Origin: Cetorhinus maximus
Lineage: Eukaryota
Direction of reading: 5' to 3'
Length of the DNA stretch: 64,000 bases
Assembly (NCBI RefSeq): GCF_964194155.1
Contig: NC_135909.1
Span: forward strand, 14,198,001 to 14,262,000
Shown: piece after piece, positions 12,090 through 26,198 of the stretch
Layout: every line of letters starts with the position of its first letter
Position numbering within the stretch: the first letter of the stretch is position 1
The notes under the pieces: generated by a model
What the model saw: the letters and a program-made list of their open reading frames with translations, nothing else
Told to the model about the DNA's origin: nothing
The model's database searches: none
Translations under genes and position numbers: made by a program

Positions 12090-12880
12090 ATGTCTCACTG
12101 GAGATGACAAGTGGCAAGTAACATTCGCGCCACACAAGTGTCAGGCAATAATCATCTCCAAGAAGTAGGAATCCAACTACTACCTTGATGTTCAATTGCA
12201 TTACCATCACTGAATCCCCCACTATCAACATCCAGGGAGTTACCATTGACAAGAAACTGAACTGGAATAGCCATATAAACATTATGCCTACAATAGCAGG
12301 TCAGATGCTAGGAATTGTGCGACGAGTAACTCATGTCCAGGATCCCCAAAGCCTGTCCACCATCTACAAGGCACAAGTCAGGAGTGTGATGGAATGCTCC
12401 CCACTTGCCTGGATGAGTGCAGCTCCCACACCACCCAAGAAGCTTTACACCATCCAAAACAAAGCAGCCCCCATGATGGAGACCACATCCAAAAACATTC
12501 ATTCCCTCCACTGCCTACGCACTTTAGCAGCAGTGTGTACCATGTTCAAGGTGTACCGCAGGAACTCACCAAGGCTCCTTCGACAGCACCATCCAGACCC
12601 TGCACCACTACAATGTAGAAGGGCTAGGTCAGCAGATAGATGGGAACACCACCACCTGGAAATTCCCCTTCAAGCCATGAATTGGAAATATATCGCTGTT
12701 CCTTCACTGTCGTTGGTAAAAATCCTAGAACTCCCCTCCTGACAGCACTGTGGACGTACCTACACCACATGGACTGCAGAGGTTCAAGAAGGCAGGTCAC
12801 CACCACATTCTCAAGGGAATTAGGGATGGGCAATAATTGCTGTCCAAACCAGCGAAGGCCAAATACCTAGAATGATTTTT
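12090..12880 (+). mobile_element. LINE family B, 3' ~800 bp
   Basis: ORF 12185-12742 (GVTIDKKLNWNSHI...IYKAQVRSVME) is a LINE ORF2 C-terminal region, followed by the shared tail. Confidence 0.8.
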
Positions 12881-13259
12881 TTTTTAATGGAATATTTCAG
12901 ACTTAATCAAAATTGATACTGAGCTATTACAGTTCTTTCCCCAGATTTTATTGGATTGATGAACAAATAGGATTCAGGAAAGGGAGCAGGACTTTTCCTT
13001 CCCTTTCATTCTCTGGATTTACAGTGGCTGAAAGAGCAGCTGGAAAAGTTAATGGCGATGGAGCAGAAAAAAATAACATTGTCCTTGTGGAACACATTTA
13101 GTTTGACATTTTCTTAATAAGTTCAGTGAGTGAGCAAGTTTTAGCAAATGAGCTTTAAAGTGAAGGGCCATCTAATTAAACCTATGAAATATAGAAAAGG
13201 TTGTTTATTTTTGTGGTGAGATTCCTGAAACTGTGGAGGAGCAGAGAGAGATGAACAGA

Positions 13260-13910
13260 CATCATTAAAAGCTCGTGGACAGGAAGATAAAAATAATATC
13301 TAAGACTAATAGAATACAAAGTATTGGGAATCATATTACAGGTGTATAAAACCCTGTTTAAATCGCTGCGTTCTGTTCCTGACAACAGACCTGAGGGATG
13401 TTAGATTGGCCTTGGAGTGGGGGCAGCAGAATTCCATCAGAGTGATACCAGATTCAAATGATGAGGACAGATTGTAAATACTAGTATTGTAATGCCATGA
13501 ATATCAGAGACTATGGGGTGATCCAACTGAGATGTTTACGGTGTTTGAATGATTTGACAGGGTAGATAGAGAGATACTGTTACCTCTGGTGCGACGGGAG
13601 GTGGGGGCCGGGGGTTGGGGTGGTGCCCTCAACAAGGGGGCTTAACCTTTAAATTAGAATGAAGCCTTTCAGAGGTAATTTCAGGAAGTGCATCTTCACA
13701 CAAAGGATGGTGGAAACTCCCTCCCCCAAACAACTGTAAACGCTGGGGGTCAACCGAAAAGTTCCAAACTGAAATCGATAGCTCTTCTTTGTTAAGTGTT
13801 TTAAGGATTACGAAACGAAGAGGGATAAATGGAGCAAAAAGACAGACCAGTCATGAGTTCATTAAATGGTAGGACAAACTTGGGGGAAGAATACGTTACT
13901 TCTGTTCCTC
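13260..13910 (+). mobile_element. Old CR1-type 3' fragment
   Basis: Degenerate similarity to 29560-30190. Confidence 0.55.
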
Positions 13911-14579
13911 CACTCCGAATTCATAAATAAAAACTAAATCTGGGAGGAACTGAAATGAGGTGTCATCACTTGGTGGTCCCATTATTCTCGCAACATTGAC
14001 AATCTCTAGTGCTGAGCTACAATTCCACACACAACTCGTCTCCCAGGAAATCTGGCAGGAAGAAAATTATCCTCTCCAACCTGCATTTCCCACATTTTAC
14101 CAGCTGCCAATCCTTTGATCATCATTTGGAAATTGAAATCGGTCTATTGCCCCACTTCCATGGTGATTTCGGGAATAGTCAGCAGGGGAGCAGCATTAGA
14201 AAGCAGTTGTTTTCCTCTCTGTTAATATTGTCTCAATGTCGACATGCCTCATTCATTAGATGGGGAAATGAGCTTGTATTAATCCAGTGATGAACAAACC
14301 TGCTCCATGTTACAAGCATTTACTGTGTTAATTTTTATAATATCAGATGACAATTTCTCGTTGAAACACAGCAAACTGCTCCCAGGTACTTTTATGAGCT
14401 TGTGAAACAAGACAATTCCAGTTTCCACACATAATGAAGCCAAGCGGGAGGAGACAGCTGTTTCACAGTGATCAGATATTGGAGTTGATGAAGAATGTTT
14501 TCTGAAGATCAATGTGTCCTTTTGGAAATCTGGAATGGGTATGGTTTTCTATATTAAACTTTGACCTTTCCGTTAGTTC

Positions 14580-14690
14580 TTTATGTGCAGCTGTTTTTGG
14601 TGGTGTTATTGAGACAGGGATATTGGTCAGGGCAGCAAGAGAAATCACTGTGCTTCTTCAATAGCGCTGGGAAATCTTTCATCTCTTTAA
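14580..14690 (-). mobile_element. Deu-domain SINE remnant (SacSINE1/AmnSINE-like); related pieces near 9690-9745 and 16020-16090
   Basis: Resembles, from recall, the Deu-SINE core (ggtgttg.ttgaggga.aaatattggccaggac...gctcttcttc.aatag). Not database-verified. Confidence 0.4.
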
Positions 14691-14788
14691 AAACCTGCCA
14701 CCAGTTATTGCTCAGGATTAGCCAGGTGTGGTACACCGAGGATATTCACTTATTGAAATCAATGCTTTTCACAGAAAGCATTAGTTCC

Positions 14789-15679
14789 TGTCAAGCAAGT
14801 ATAACAGTTTCATAATATTTTTCTAGTTTATTGCGAAGTAATTTTATGGGGTAAGTATAGTTGGGTCTGTCTGTGTGTAATGTAATTACATCTGGAATCA
14901 AGTTTAACTCATCAAAAGAAGCTGGGTGCTTGACATGCTAATGAGTAAACATGGAAGCTGGATTAGCATGTAAGGTGTGAAGGGAATTTGCATTTTTAGA
15001 TAAATGAAGGGATATTTGGATTTCAACGGTATCTCAGTAAGTTTTCAACTAGCCAGATAAGCAAGGCTAAGGAACATGTTTATTTTTTCCAAAGGTTACT
15101 GGAAATAGTGGCGACATGGGAGATTTTTAGATTGTGAAGAAGATACAATTTCATCGACATCTGGGTCTATAGAATTTACATATCAAGAAGAGAGAAACAT
15201 ATATAAAGGAGAATGAAAGGTGATGTTGAAAAAGGGCATGTAAGATCTAACAGGAGTGTGTGAAATGGCCTCAATGAAGCCTCCAGCATTTTTGTGTAAG
15301 TCTGCTGTCTAACTAAACGGGAGTTGAAGAAAAGCCATACGGCATTCCATTGTCCAGGATACTGTGTTAACTTGCTGAGTCTGCTTTAATTCTAAAATCT
15401 ATTTCAGACCTTAAAGGGTGTGTAACTGAGGGGTTCAGGTCAATTAGTAAATTGAGGAGTTATTATAGTGCTATTTGTAGTCTTATGTATGTGCTTGACA
15501 TCTTTTGCTTTTAATACACATATTAATTTAATTTTTAAAATTTCGAAATGTCCTGTCAGACCCATTGCTCCTGAATTCAGTGCACACATCTCGTAATAAA
15601 TACAAATGCAAAACCCTTGTGACAACACGACCAACTATCCCTCTTGGATTTGGTCCATATCTTCTGCCACGTCATAACA
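14789..15679 (+). mobile_element. Probable solo LTR (~890 bp)
   Basis: TGTCA...CATAACA termini with the same 3' end style as 4213-5194, AATAAA at ~15595, flanks ttcc/gtcc. Confidence 0.5.
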
Positions 15680-17869
15680 GTCCCTCACACACTCTGATCA
15701 ATTAACGCCTGTACCCTTTATTGCTGACGGATTTCTTGTCATTTTGAGTACCCACCTGAGTTGAGTTTTAAGTCAGATTTCATGTTTTCTGGAGCAAAAC
15801 TGAAACTGATTCAGGAAAAATGAACAGACACTTTCTGTCAGAAAGGGGCAGCTAATTTCTGCACAGGAAACACACACAAACAACAATGTGAATATGCTTT
15901 GGGATGATGATTGAGTGCTCGGGGGCATAACTCCACTGTTCGTGTGTCTTCGGCACAGTGCAATGGGGTCACTTTGGATAAAATAAGAGGTTGGGCAGGG
16001 CCTTGGTTTATCATCATTATTTAAGGGCTGCACCTACAATAGTGCAGCCCTCCCTCAGTACTGTACTGGAGTGTCAAACTTCCTTGTTACACACAAATTC
16101 TGGCACGGGTTTTGGGGACATACACTTATCTTTCAAAGCCAAATGCGACCTAATCAGCCCCACTGAAAGTTTTAACAAATCGCCCAATCCACAGCTACAG
16201 GACTGGGGCAATTATGAGGTCATCCCCTGGCAGATCACGTGACAGATGGGGCCACAATGCATCACCACCAGGTTTGTGACTTGATTCAAACCCAAAATCC
16301 TGTCACAATGACTTTTCAAATAAATCTGTCGTCTACTTGCCAACACAGCAGTAACACTTTCTGCCTAACCATGAGGAGAGCTAAGGAGACATGCACAAAA
16401 CTAAATCCTTTAATAAAATAGTTCAAAAATCATTTAGGCTGAAATTCTGTGAGGGAAAAGTCAAGTTATCATTGAGAACTCTGCTCAGAGAGCTTCATTG
16501 GACAGGAGAGAAATTAGGCAAAGAATCTGAGTTTATCGACACCAGCAAACAAGTTGACATCAAAACTGGATCAACTCCCATGAAAATCAATGAGTAAATG
16601 CTGAGACGTCCGAGCACCATCAGTTGACCAAGTAGAGATATTGCCTGGATAAAGCATTCTGTTCAGGACAGGATTTATTGAACTGAGTCGAATAGACAGG
16701 TCTTTGCACAACAAGTCAGTCATTTCTAGATTTTAATTTGAAAACCTCCAGTTTGTTGCAAGATGGAATTCATATAAATTATAATTACAGTACAAATGAG
16801 TTGATAATTCAAACACAAACGTTGCTTTCAGGTAAATTAAGTGGGACAATGAAATTACAACCAAGAACTCAATTGACCTGGGAGCTCAAACACAGAAAAA
16901 GTTAATTGCAGAGTGAAGAGTTTATAATGTGGATTTGTTGAAAGTGGAGATTAGGTGTAGAGGGGGAATGAGCTGCTGTGTAAATTAAACCGAGAGACAA
17001 CAGCAAAGATACAAGCCGGAAGGAGCAGAACATTCTAAATAACGAAAACTTTAATTAAACAGGCAGCTCATTTCAGTGTAATATCGGGACAGCTGAGAGC
17101 TGTTGACTACACATCCTCTGCTCTGTTGGAAATCCAAAAACAGGCTGATGATAGACGTCAGATTCATAATAAATTAGGGAACCAAGCAGAATACAGGAAG
17201 TACAGAGGAGAGCTCAAAAAGTAAACTTGAACAGCAGAGGGAGTGTATGAGAAAAGATTTGCAGGTAACACAAGGTAACACTGAAGGCTATTAACAATAA
17301 ATGGACTGTCACTGAAAGGGAGGCTGTGCAGGCAGAGGGGATGGCTGAATCTCTACATGGCAGGAGAGATTAAATGATGAAAGAATTGGTGCTGCAAGGA
17401 AAAAGGGAGAGGTAAAGGAACAAGTAACAAAAAACTGAGATGTGTCGAAAAGAGGTGTGAATGGAAAAATGAGGAGCAGCTGCCACCCGAAAGCAAACGC
17501 AACAGAAAAATGAGGTTAAAACCAAATGTGAAAAAAAGGAGTCAAAATGGGGACAGAAGTTACAGTTTGAAGAACATTAGAGATTTAAGCAGCTGTAGGT
17601 CATTCAGCCCTTCGAGCCTATTCTTCCATGAAACACGATCATGGCTGATCTGATTGTACCCTCAACCCCACTTTCCTGCCTGTCTCCCGCAACCCTTGAC
17701 TCCCTCGTAGAATCTGTCCAACTCAGCCTTGAATATATTCAATTATCGAGCCTGAACTGCTCTCTGGGGAAGATAATTCAAAGGCCAAAGATCCACTGAA
17801 AATAAATTACTCCTCATCTCCATCGTAAATAGGGGACCCATTATTTTATTAACTGTCTTCCCTAGTTCA

Positions 17870-20640
17870 CACTGCAAGTGTAATCCTTAGCACAATTGGG
17901 ATTGTTTATTAAGTGTTGTCCAATTGCGGAATGATAGTGTGGAGTAATGAACTGCCTGGTGGAGTATAGGGTAGGATTTGCCCTCATGGTTCACTGTGTG
18001 CACGTATACATGGGTTGTCAAAGACACAGAAAAGTGATGTCCCTTTACATTCTATCTCACCTCTGACTGATTCTTCACAACATGAATTGGCCAAATGGCT
18101 GAGTGAGTTTCTGCAAACAGTTCTGAGTGAGTTTTCCACATACACGGTGAAGGGATTCTTCTCCTTTGTGAAGCCCATACAGGATTTGCATATCTATAGC
18201 AATGGCGTGTGCATGTGCTTGTTGCTTGTTTGACTTTGCTAGCCTCTTGATTAATGTACCACTCAAGGAAGCCATTCACATATGCACCATGTCATTATTT
18301 CATGATGATCTAGTCTCACTGCCATTGTCTGAATCTGTATTCATTGAACATATGAACTCAGCAACTCATGCAGTTCATTTCAGTTTTAATGGCACCATGT
18401 ATGCCCAAAGAGATAATGTTGCCATGGGACACCCTCTAGGCCCAGCTCTTGTAAACATCTTTGCTAAGTTCCACGAGAAATGTATCTTCAGGAAATGACC
18501 CCTAACATCCTATCCCTTTCTTTTTTTTGATACACAAATTACGCGTTTTCTATGTCTGCATCAGCAGCTACATGTAAAACATTCCTGTGACACCTTAATG
18601 TGCTCTAACCTGCTCTATTCTCATTGAAATTGACCAGTCAAACGAGCCCCCTTTCCTCAATGTACTACTTGAGAAATCTGCCAATGCGTTCTCTACTACT
18701 GTCTACTGCTAGCCCAGCACCATTGTTGGGATTCCCACAGTTCCATGCGGTATAAGGTAGGTCTTGTCGGCAAACTGATAGGTGGGGACCAGACCATTTG
18801 CTAATCATGCAACATGATGCCAAAACCAGGCACTTCAAAGCTATCCTGCGGAATAATGGCTCCATCGATCAAATAATTGCTCACTGTATATCACACAAAC
18901 TCATCAATGGGTCTAAGCCCGTTCTGAAAAGTCTGTTCTGAAAAGTGGCCGGTCTACCTCACATAACCCTGGAATGGTTTAGGTATCTCAAAAACGTGAA
19001 CAACTAATAAAGCTACCCGTTTCACAATGCTACCATGCAGTAGCAACACGAGTGGCATTCTCCACTAACAGGATGCTGCTGTCAAGACTAAAAATATGTT
19101 CTGCCAACAACACAAATAACTAATGTTGTATATGAATTTCAGTGCCAGTGTGATGCGAGGTCTGTGGACATTTGCCCCAATGGCTGTTGGATCGTACCAA
19201 ACAGCTTAGGCCTTCAGCTCTTCACAACAGGCAAAATACTGAGCATACTCACCAAGATTCTGCTTGAAAAGCTCAGAACATAGTGTCCAACATTGGATGT
19301 GATTTCACAGAAGGACAATACTTACTGACCAATCCTGATTGTGCTAAGAATTACACGAACATCAGTTATGATCCCGGCTGATGGTAAAACTGGATAAGTC
19401 AGTTCCCGGAGTGAAACCTGGCTGGATAGAACCCAACATGTGCAGGATGTGAGAAAAGATTCTGAAGAAATTCACAGGTATTTGCTCATGAACTTTGAAC
19501 ACAAAGAATAAAATATTTATCAAAACAAGAAAAAGAAACTACATTAACTGGACAAAACAGTCAGAAAGATCTCAATACAAACAAAAGAAGGTGATTCAAT
19601 TTCCCAATATTCCTTTGCCCAGCAATATCTTTACAGATGGATAAACCAGTGAAGAGTTACCACGGGTTTGTCACAAAGGCTTCTTGCTTGAGGCTGGCAC
19701 ATGTGCAAACTGTTTTGTTGTGGTGAATTCTTGAGCATTCACTTGACCCTTCTCAACCAAGACTTATCTCACCCAAAATAACTGCACTTTATACTCACTG
19801 TTTCAGTAGCAACACCACCGAACTGATCACGACAATGAGTCATATAACTGACTCTGCAGTTAACTATTGTCCTAGTAGCCTTGTACTTTTCTCTTCTCAA
19901 GAGCCTAAAACATCCCTGCTTAACTCTTTGATGCACATTGAACTCGTCCCTCTCTTTCTCTGTCTCTGTGTCACTTGAACACTGTCGGTAGGCAGCAACC
20001 CAGATTTTTTTTCTATTGTGTGTTTCTTTTTTCCCCAAAATCACTAAACATCTAACCCCTTTACTGACCTGTCAGCCAGGGTACCACCCAGGCTTCTAAG
20101 TCCCAAGGCGAATTGAAAAAAAAACTTGTGAAACTGGAATGACTCTACATTTCTGACATAAAAAATACACACACATGTATCTATCTATACACATTATATA
20201 TATAAATACACACACATTAAAAATTGTACATAGTTCCAAACAACCAATTGAAGATTATCTGTCGCGCTCACTGTGTGCCTCACTTACACATGCTCAGGGA
20301 TACATTTCTTCACGCACAGGGCCACTACCATTGCAAACAAAATGGACATGTCCACGCATTGCACTTCCTGCAACTGAAGAAAAGCTTGGTGGACAATCAT
20401 TCCCTGATTCCTTCCCAGGGAAATGCCTGGAGCAATCAGAGTCGACTTGGCTGTTTGAAAAAAGCCAAAGCATGGCAGTTAACTCTTCCCTGTTACATTC
20501 CCATGGCAACCCCTCTACCAATCAGCGAATAATTGTCAACCAATCAGCACCCCCTTCTCATGCAGTATAAGTTTTTGTTCCCTTTGAGATTTGGTACAAT
20601 TGTATCTGCTCTGTAAGTTAAAGTATTTTCAATGAGTTAT
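17870..20640 (+). mobile_element. Degenerate Penelope-like retroelement (RT + GIY-YIG), split by an LTR
   Basis: FDFASLLINVPLKEAI...FSFNGTMYAQRDNVAMGHPLGPALVNIF (PLE-type RT), NVVYEFQCQC near 19120, and a C-terminal NNQLKIICRA...HL..L segment resuming at 20239. Confidence 0.75.
19364..20238 (-). mobile_element. Solo LTR related to 4213-5194
   Basis: 19365-19436 is similar to the reverse complement of 5125-5194. The Penelope sequence rejoins across it (flanks aacatc/aacaac). Confidence 0.6.
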
Positions 20641-21329
20641 TTAAGGTTTGTTAACATAATATCAATTACATTACTTAGCTGAAGAAAATAAAATATTATT
20701 TGTCGTTGAGCACATATACATAGGGGATAGCTGGGAAATAGGGTTGTGAAGCAGCAGAGCTGTGAGACCAAACAAGTAAATAAAATCTCTCGATAATACA
20801 AACTCTGTCTTGCTTTCGGCTTCACCAACTGGTTTGGATCCCATTAACACTGAAGAGGGAAAGACAAAAAAAATCGACATCATGTCTCTTTTTTTCAGGA
20901 ATACTCAAGTTCTGTATTCCTAAGTGACAATTTCTACATAAATCTGTCACATTTCTCACCGTTCCCAGTTCCAACAAAGTGTCATGACTTGAAGCCACTG
21001 GTACTTCCAGATCTGCTGTGTATTTCCAGCATTTCCTGTGTTTATTTCAGATTTCCAGCATCCAGAATATTTTACTTTTATATTTCCATTGTATTATTGG
21101 TTGTTACTGTGGGATAAATTTTATATCTGCCTGGCCCTTGCACTGTGTCTGTGTCGGATATGAGGTGCACATGTCAGTCTCTAACAAACATGTGTGCCTA
21201 TGGAAAAGGATTGCCTGTGCAGACAGTTCCTACCCTGATCCTTACAACTCCTCCCACACCAAGTGAGATCAGACAGATACAGGCCTCCTTGCACAGATAC
21301 AGAAAGATGTCACACAGACACTAGTATTA

Positions 21330-21845
21330 GTCTAATTTTCGGCACCAAACCTTTGGAAATACGTGAAGGTTTTATGAAGAGTGCAGAAAGGGTTTACAAG
21401 AATGTTTGTAAGGATGAGGGGCTTTAGTCACATGGATAGATTGAAGAAGTTGTGGTTACTCTCCTTCGAAAAGAGAAAGCTGTGAGGAGATTTGGTAGAA
21501 GTGTTCAAAATAGTAAGTGTTCTAGACAGTGTAGATAATGATAAAATTATCCTGTGGGCAGTGGGCATCGATTTATGGTGGTTGGCAAAAGTACTAATGG
21601 AGGCATCAGGATTTTTTTTAATGTAGGAAACCATTAGGATCTGCAATTCACTGCCTGAGAGTACGCTAAAGACAGGAGAATTTGGGGTTGTCAAAAGGGA
21701 ATTGGATAAGCACCTGAAGGGAAAAGGTTTGCCAGGCTGTGGTGAGAGGGCTGGGGATCAGAAGTAGCTGAGTGGCTCTGGTGGAGAAAGACCACAGACA
21801 CGAAGGGCCGAATGGCCTCTTGCTGTGCTGTAACTATTCTAAGCT
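21330..21845 (+). mobile_element. CR1-type 3' fragment
   Basis: Ends in the tail gaagggccgaatggcctcttgctgtgctgtaactattct. Confidence 0.65.
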
Positions 21846-21849
21846 TGTA

Positions 21850-23960
21850 TGTATTTAAGTGTAGGATTCATTCTGTCTCACTATACCTCTGGCAAAGAAT
21901 TTGAGTGTGTGATTCAATATATATATGTCAGTATCTAGGGATGTGTATGAGTGTATGATTCACTCTGTGTTGCTGTCTGTGGTGCACTATGAGTGTGAGA
22001 TTCATTATGTATCTGTCAGTCTCTGAGACACTTTGGAAATCGATATTCATTCTACCCAGAATATACTTCATTAGGCCATCTGGTCTAATTGGTACATTAT
22101 TCCACAAGATGCTCCACCCAGAATACTCCATGTACAATTATCTGCTGGTCCATGAAATCCATTCTCCCTCCTGTACTTACCTAGCTTTCCCTTAAATACA
22201 GCTGTGCTCATTGATTTAAATGCTCAAGACGACAACAAGTCCCACATTCTACAGATTCCATGAGAAATAAGTTATATTGATTTTTTCATTGGATTTAATA
22301 CTTACAACTCTATGTCGACCCTGTCACATCCCATCACTACTTCCTCACATTGACCTGAATCTGCAACACCAACAGTTCATGTTAATTCCCTCCGCTCTGT
22401 TGCAGTTCTCGGCTCTGGCCAGTAGATGTCAGCACACTCTGCTAGGTCGAAGTTTACGGATCAGAGATGGACAAAACAGGCAAGAATTGTTCACATTATA
22501 TTAAGAGGGGAAGGGAAGGTCTTAGAATTACTAACGGTGGATATGACTTTTATTCTATTTTGCTATACAAGCAGTAATTATAATGTTGTGCTAAAGCCGT
22601 CAACATGTGTGTGAATGTGAGATACATTCTTATCGGCCCTTCTCTGATCCAACTTGTGAATGTGGGATTCATTCTGTGTCTGTTACTCACAGGTGCTGTG
22701 TGAAAGGCACGCTGGACCTGTCAGTCTTGGTTACTGTATGTGAGTGTGGATACATTCTCCGTGAAACTGTAGGTGAATGTTGCATTCATTCTGCATTTGT
22801 CGATACCTGGTACAATATATCTGTGTCATAGTCAGCCTGTATCTTGCATTTCCAGGTACTGCATGAGTGTTGGGTCACGCCTTGAGCCTGACAGGGGAAT
22901 GGGACGTATGCAACGGATGTGTTCGATCAGTCACTTTCTGGTATTGAACGGGACTCAATCTGAATTTCTTAATGGTGATGGTGGTTTGTAAGTGTGCATG
23001 TGTTTCACTCTTTGCCAATCAGTGCTACCATATGTGAATGTGGAAACCATTCTGAATCTGAATGTCTCTTGCATTCCGTGGGAGTGTAGTTTCAGTCTGC
23101 ATTTGTTATTCTTTGGAGCTGTGTATGAGTTTGACAGGCATTCTGGTCTGTCACTAGGGGAGTAGGTGAGTGTACGGTTCATATTGCACATTTCATTCTC
23201 TGGCACTATAAAGAAATTGGGGCTGATTTTATATCTGAATGTCTCTGGTGTTGTTCATGAGCATGGCAATCATATATAGCTGTCAGGCTCTCCTAATGTG
23301 TGAGCCTGGGTTTAATTCTGGGTCTGTCGATGGCATTCTATGCCTGTTGTATTGTTATGTAGGTTGGGAATCATATGAATCTTTCAGTCCCTCATGCTGT
23401 TTGTGAGCATGAGATTATTCTGTATCTGTCAGTGGGATTAATTCTGTATCTGTCAGTGCCTGCTACTGTATGAAATTGTGGGATTCAATTGGTATATTTC
23501 ATTCACTGGTATTGTATGTGGAAGTGAATGAAATATACCAATTGAATCCCACAATTTCATACAGTCACTGACAGATACAGAATTAATCCCACTGACAGAT
23601 ACAGAATGAATCTCATGCTCACAAATAGCATGAGGGACTGAAATATACATATGATTCACAATTTACATAACAATGTGCATGTGTGTGTGTGTCTGTGTAT
23701 GTGCATGTGCATGTAGACTTGCATTTGTTTCTGTCAGCACCTGTTATCTATGCGGCTCTTGGACCCTTTCGACAATCTCTCAGTGGTATAATTGATGTGT
23801 CAGAATAATTTGGTATCACCCACACTGAAATATTGTGAGTGAGTGCAGTAAACAGTCTGTGTCTCTCAACACCTGGCACTGAACATGTGTTTGATAATCG
23901 CTCACTGGTACTCTGGGTGAGCAGAGGATTCATTGTGTAACCTTCAGTGTCAGGGACTGT
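21850..23960 (+). repeat. Degenerate ~40-46 bp satellite-like array
   Basis: Recurrent tgtgagtgtgggattcattctgtatctgtcagtctctggtactg-like units. Confidence 0.65.
23351..23674. repeat. Fold-back inverted repeat, ~155-bp arms, 15-nt spacer
   Basis: ...gtgggattcaattggtatatttcattcact [23508-23522] agtgaatgaaatataccaattgaatcccac...; the arms pair out to attgttatgt/acataacaat. Confidence 0.9.
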
Positions 23961-25028
23961 TTGTAAGATTGGGTTAATTGTATATAAATTCCCAGCACAG
24001 CCACAGACCACTAATGTGGTCAGCTTAAGCAAACGATATGTGGGAGTTTTGGCCCAATATTAAATCTGTCACTTTGAACACAATTGGGAAAGATAATGAA
24101 TCCTTTAATCTGATGCTGGATGGGTGTGCAAGTGTAACTCCAGTTATACTAATCGATTTGATCTGTGACATTCAGTCTGATTCTGAGTAAGAACTTTGAC
24201 ATGGATGTAAAATGGTCTGGAATTGTTATAGTATTTCTATTTGACACTGTGTGAGGATGGAGGATTAGTATGTAATCTATAGCTCAGTTCATATTCATCA
24301 AATTAATATTGTCTCTTTTAGTTTCATAATAAGGGTGAGTTTTAAACTAGAATCTGAATTTCTGTCTCAGGTTATACTAGCTTTCAGAATATCTCAAACT
24401 GATAATGTACTTGAGATTTGAACTTGTATCTCAGGTATATGTCAGGACACACTATGGGAATTAATGGTGCAATTTATAAGTCCATGATGTGTGTGAATAC
24501 TGGGGTGGCAATTAACATGAATCTCAGTGTACATCATTAAGGTTAAGCCTGTAAGCTTGTAACTGGAAACGTGTCAGTTTTATCAGATGTTTAATTTGTA
24601 GTGAAGGCAGCACGACTGGGATTGACCCAGTGAGAATTTAGGAACGGGTGAGAATTTGGACTGGGATTTATGGACACTCCCATCTGCAGGACTGAGTTTG
24701 GGTGACATGGATACAATGTCTATCTCTCCTGCTCTGTTTGATTCATGGATGGAAAATGACTCTGGAAGTATTTATGCTGTGTGAGACTGTGAAAGTGATG
24801 ACCTGTCTGTGTCTCTGTGCTCTGTCAGTGAGAATGTGAATACTGTGTGTGAGAAGGAGCTGGTGGGAACCTTCATTCTAATTTGGCTGGAGGAAACATC
24901 ACATTTATTCTGGTTCCTTCAATTATTTGCCTGTTGGAAAAAAGTATATCTTAGAATTTAAGTACAGCTGAGGTAGAAGATACTGATTCTATTAGTTTAA
25001 TCTTTCTATTAATAATCATTATGAATGA

Positions 25029-25880
25029 TCTGGGAAGTCTGGGAAGAGCATCCTCTGCAGTCCCAATGGCCGGGAAGCAGTCTGGGAAGAGTGTCCTGTG
25101 CAGTCACCGTCGCCGTGAAGCAGTCTGGGAAGAGTGTCCTCTGCAGTCACCGTCACCGGGAAGCAGTCTGGGAAGAGCGTCCTCTGCAGTCACTGTCGCC
25201 GGGAAGCAGTCTGGGAAGAGTGTCATCTGCAGTCACCATCGCCGGGAAGCAGTCTGGGAAGAGTGCTCTCTGCAGTCACCGTCACCAGGAAGCAGTCTGG
25301 GAAGAGTGCCCTCTGCAGTCACCGTCACTGGAAAGCAGTCTGGGAAGAGCGTCCTCTGCAGTCACCGTCGCCGGGAAGCAGTCTGGGAAGAGCGTCCTAT
25401 GCAGTCACCATCACCGGGAAGCACTCTGGGAAGAGTGTCAACTGCAGTCACCGGGAAGCAGTCTGGGAAGAGTGCCCTCTGCAATCACTGTCACCGGGAA
25501 GCAGTCTGGGAAGAATGTCCTCTGCAGTTGCCAGGAAGCAGTCTGGGAAGAGCGTCCTCTACATTCACCGTCACCACGAAGCAGTCTGGGAAGAGTGTCC
25601 TCTGCAGTCACCATCGCTGGGAAGCAGTCTGGGAAGAGCGTCCTCTGCAGTCACCGTCACCGGGAAGCAGTCTGGGAAGAGCGTCCTCTGCAGTCACCGT
25701 CACCGGGAAGCAGTCTGGGAAGAGCGTTCTCTGCAGTCACCGTCATCACGAAGCAGTCTGGGAAGAGTGACCTCTGCAGTCACCGTCACTGGGAAGCAGA
25801 CTGGGAAGAGTGTCCTCTGCAGTCACCATCGCCGGGAAGCAGTGTGGGAAGAGCGTCCTCTGCAGTCACCATCGTCGAGT
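25029..25880 (+). repeat. Tandem array of about twenty 43-bp units
   Basis: Unit gggaagcagtctgggaagagcgtcctctgcagtcaccgtcacc; a few units are shortened by 6 bp. Confidence 0.95.
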
Positions 25881-26198
25881 GAAAAAAAAACAAAGAGTGA
25901 CATCACAGGAAAACCGTAAGTTCATTGGTTGGTGAGTAATTGCTAGTTTGAACTACCTATTCTAAGTTGATTTCAGATCAAAGGTGACTATTGGGGCCCA
26001 GGATCGGAGGTCTAACACTTCAGCTTCAACTCAGCAGAGAGAGCGGGTTCCAGTTGATTTTAAAAAGTGTATTTTGATTCTCTATTCTAATTTGCTTACA
26101 GGTCAAAGGTAAATAGGAGAAATATTTTACAGATTGATAAATTTAAGACCAGTAGGAAAGTTAACAACAAATTGAAAAACTAATTAAATAAAATAGAG

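Noticed and set aside
25029-25880. CRISPR-like array
   Set aside because: The units are contiguous with no unique spacers, there are no cas genes, and the context is eukaryotic. The same applies to 40171-40419.
25021-25919. Three long overlapping ORFs (249-285 aa) as protein genes
   Set aside because: They arise from a stop-free 43-bp tandem unit cycling through the reading frames inside a LINE 5' region; there is no independent coding evidence.
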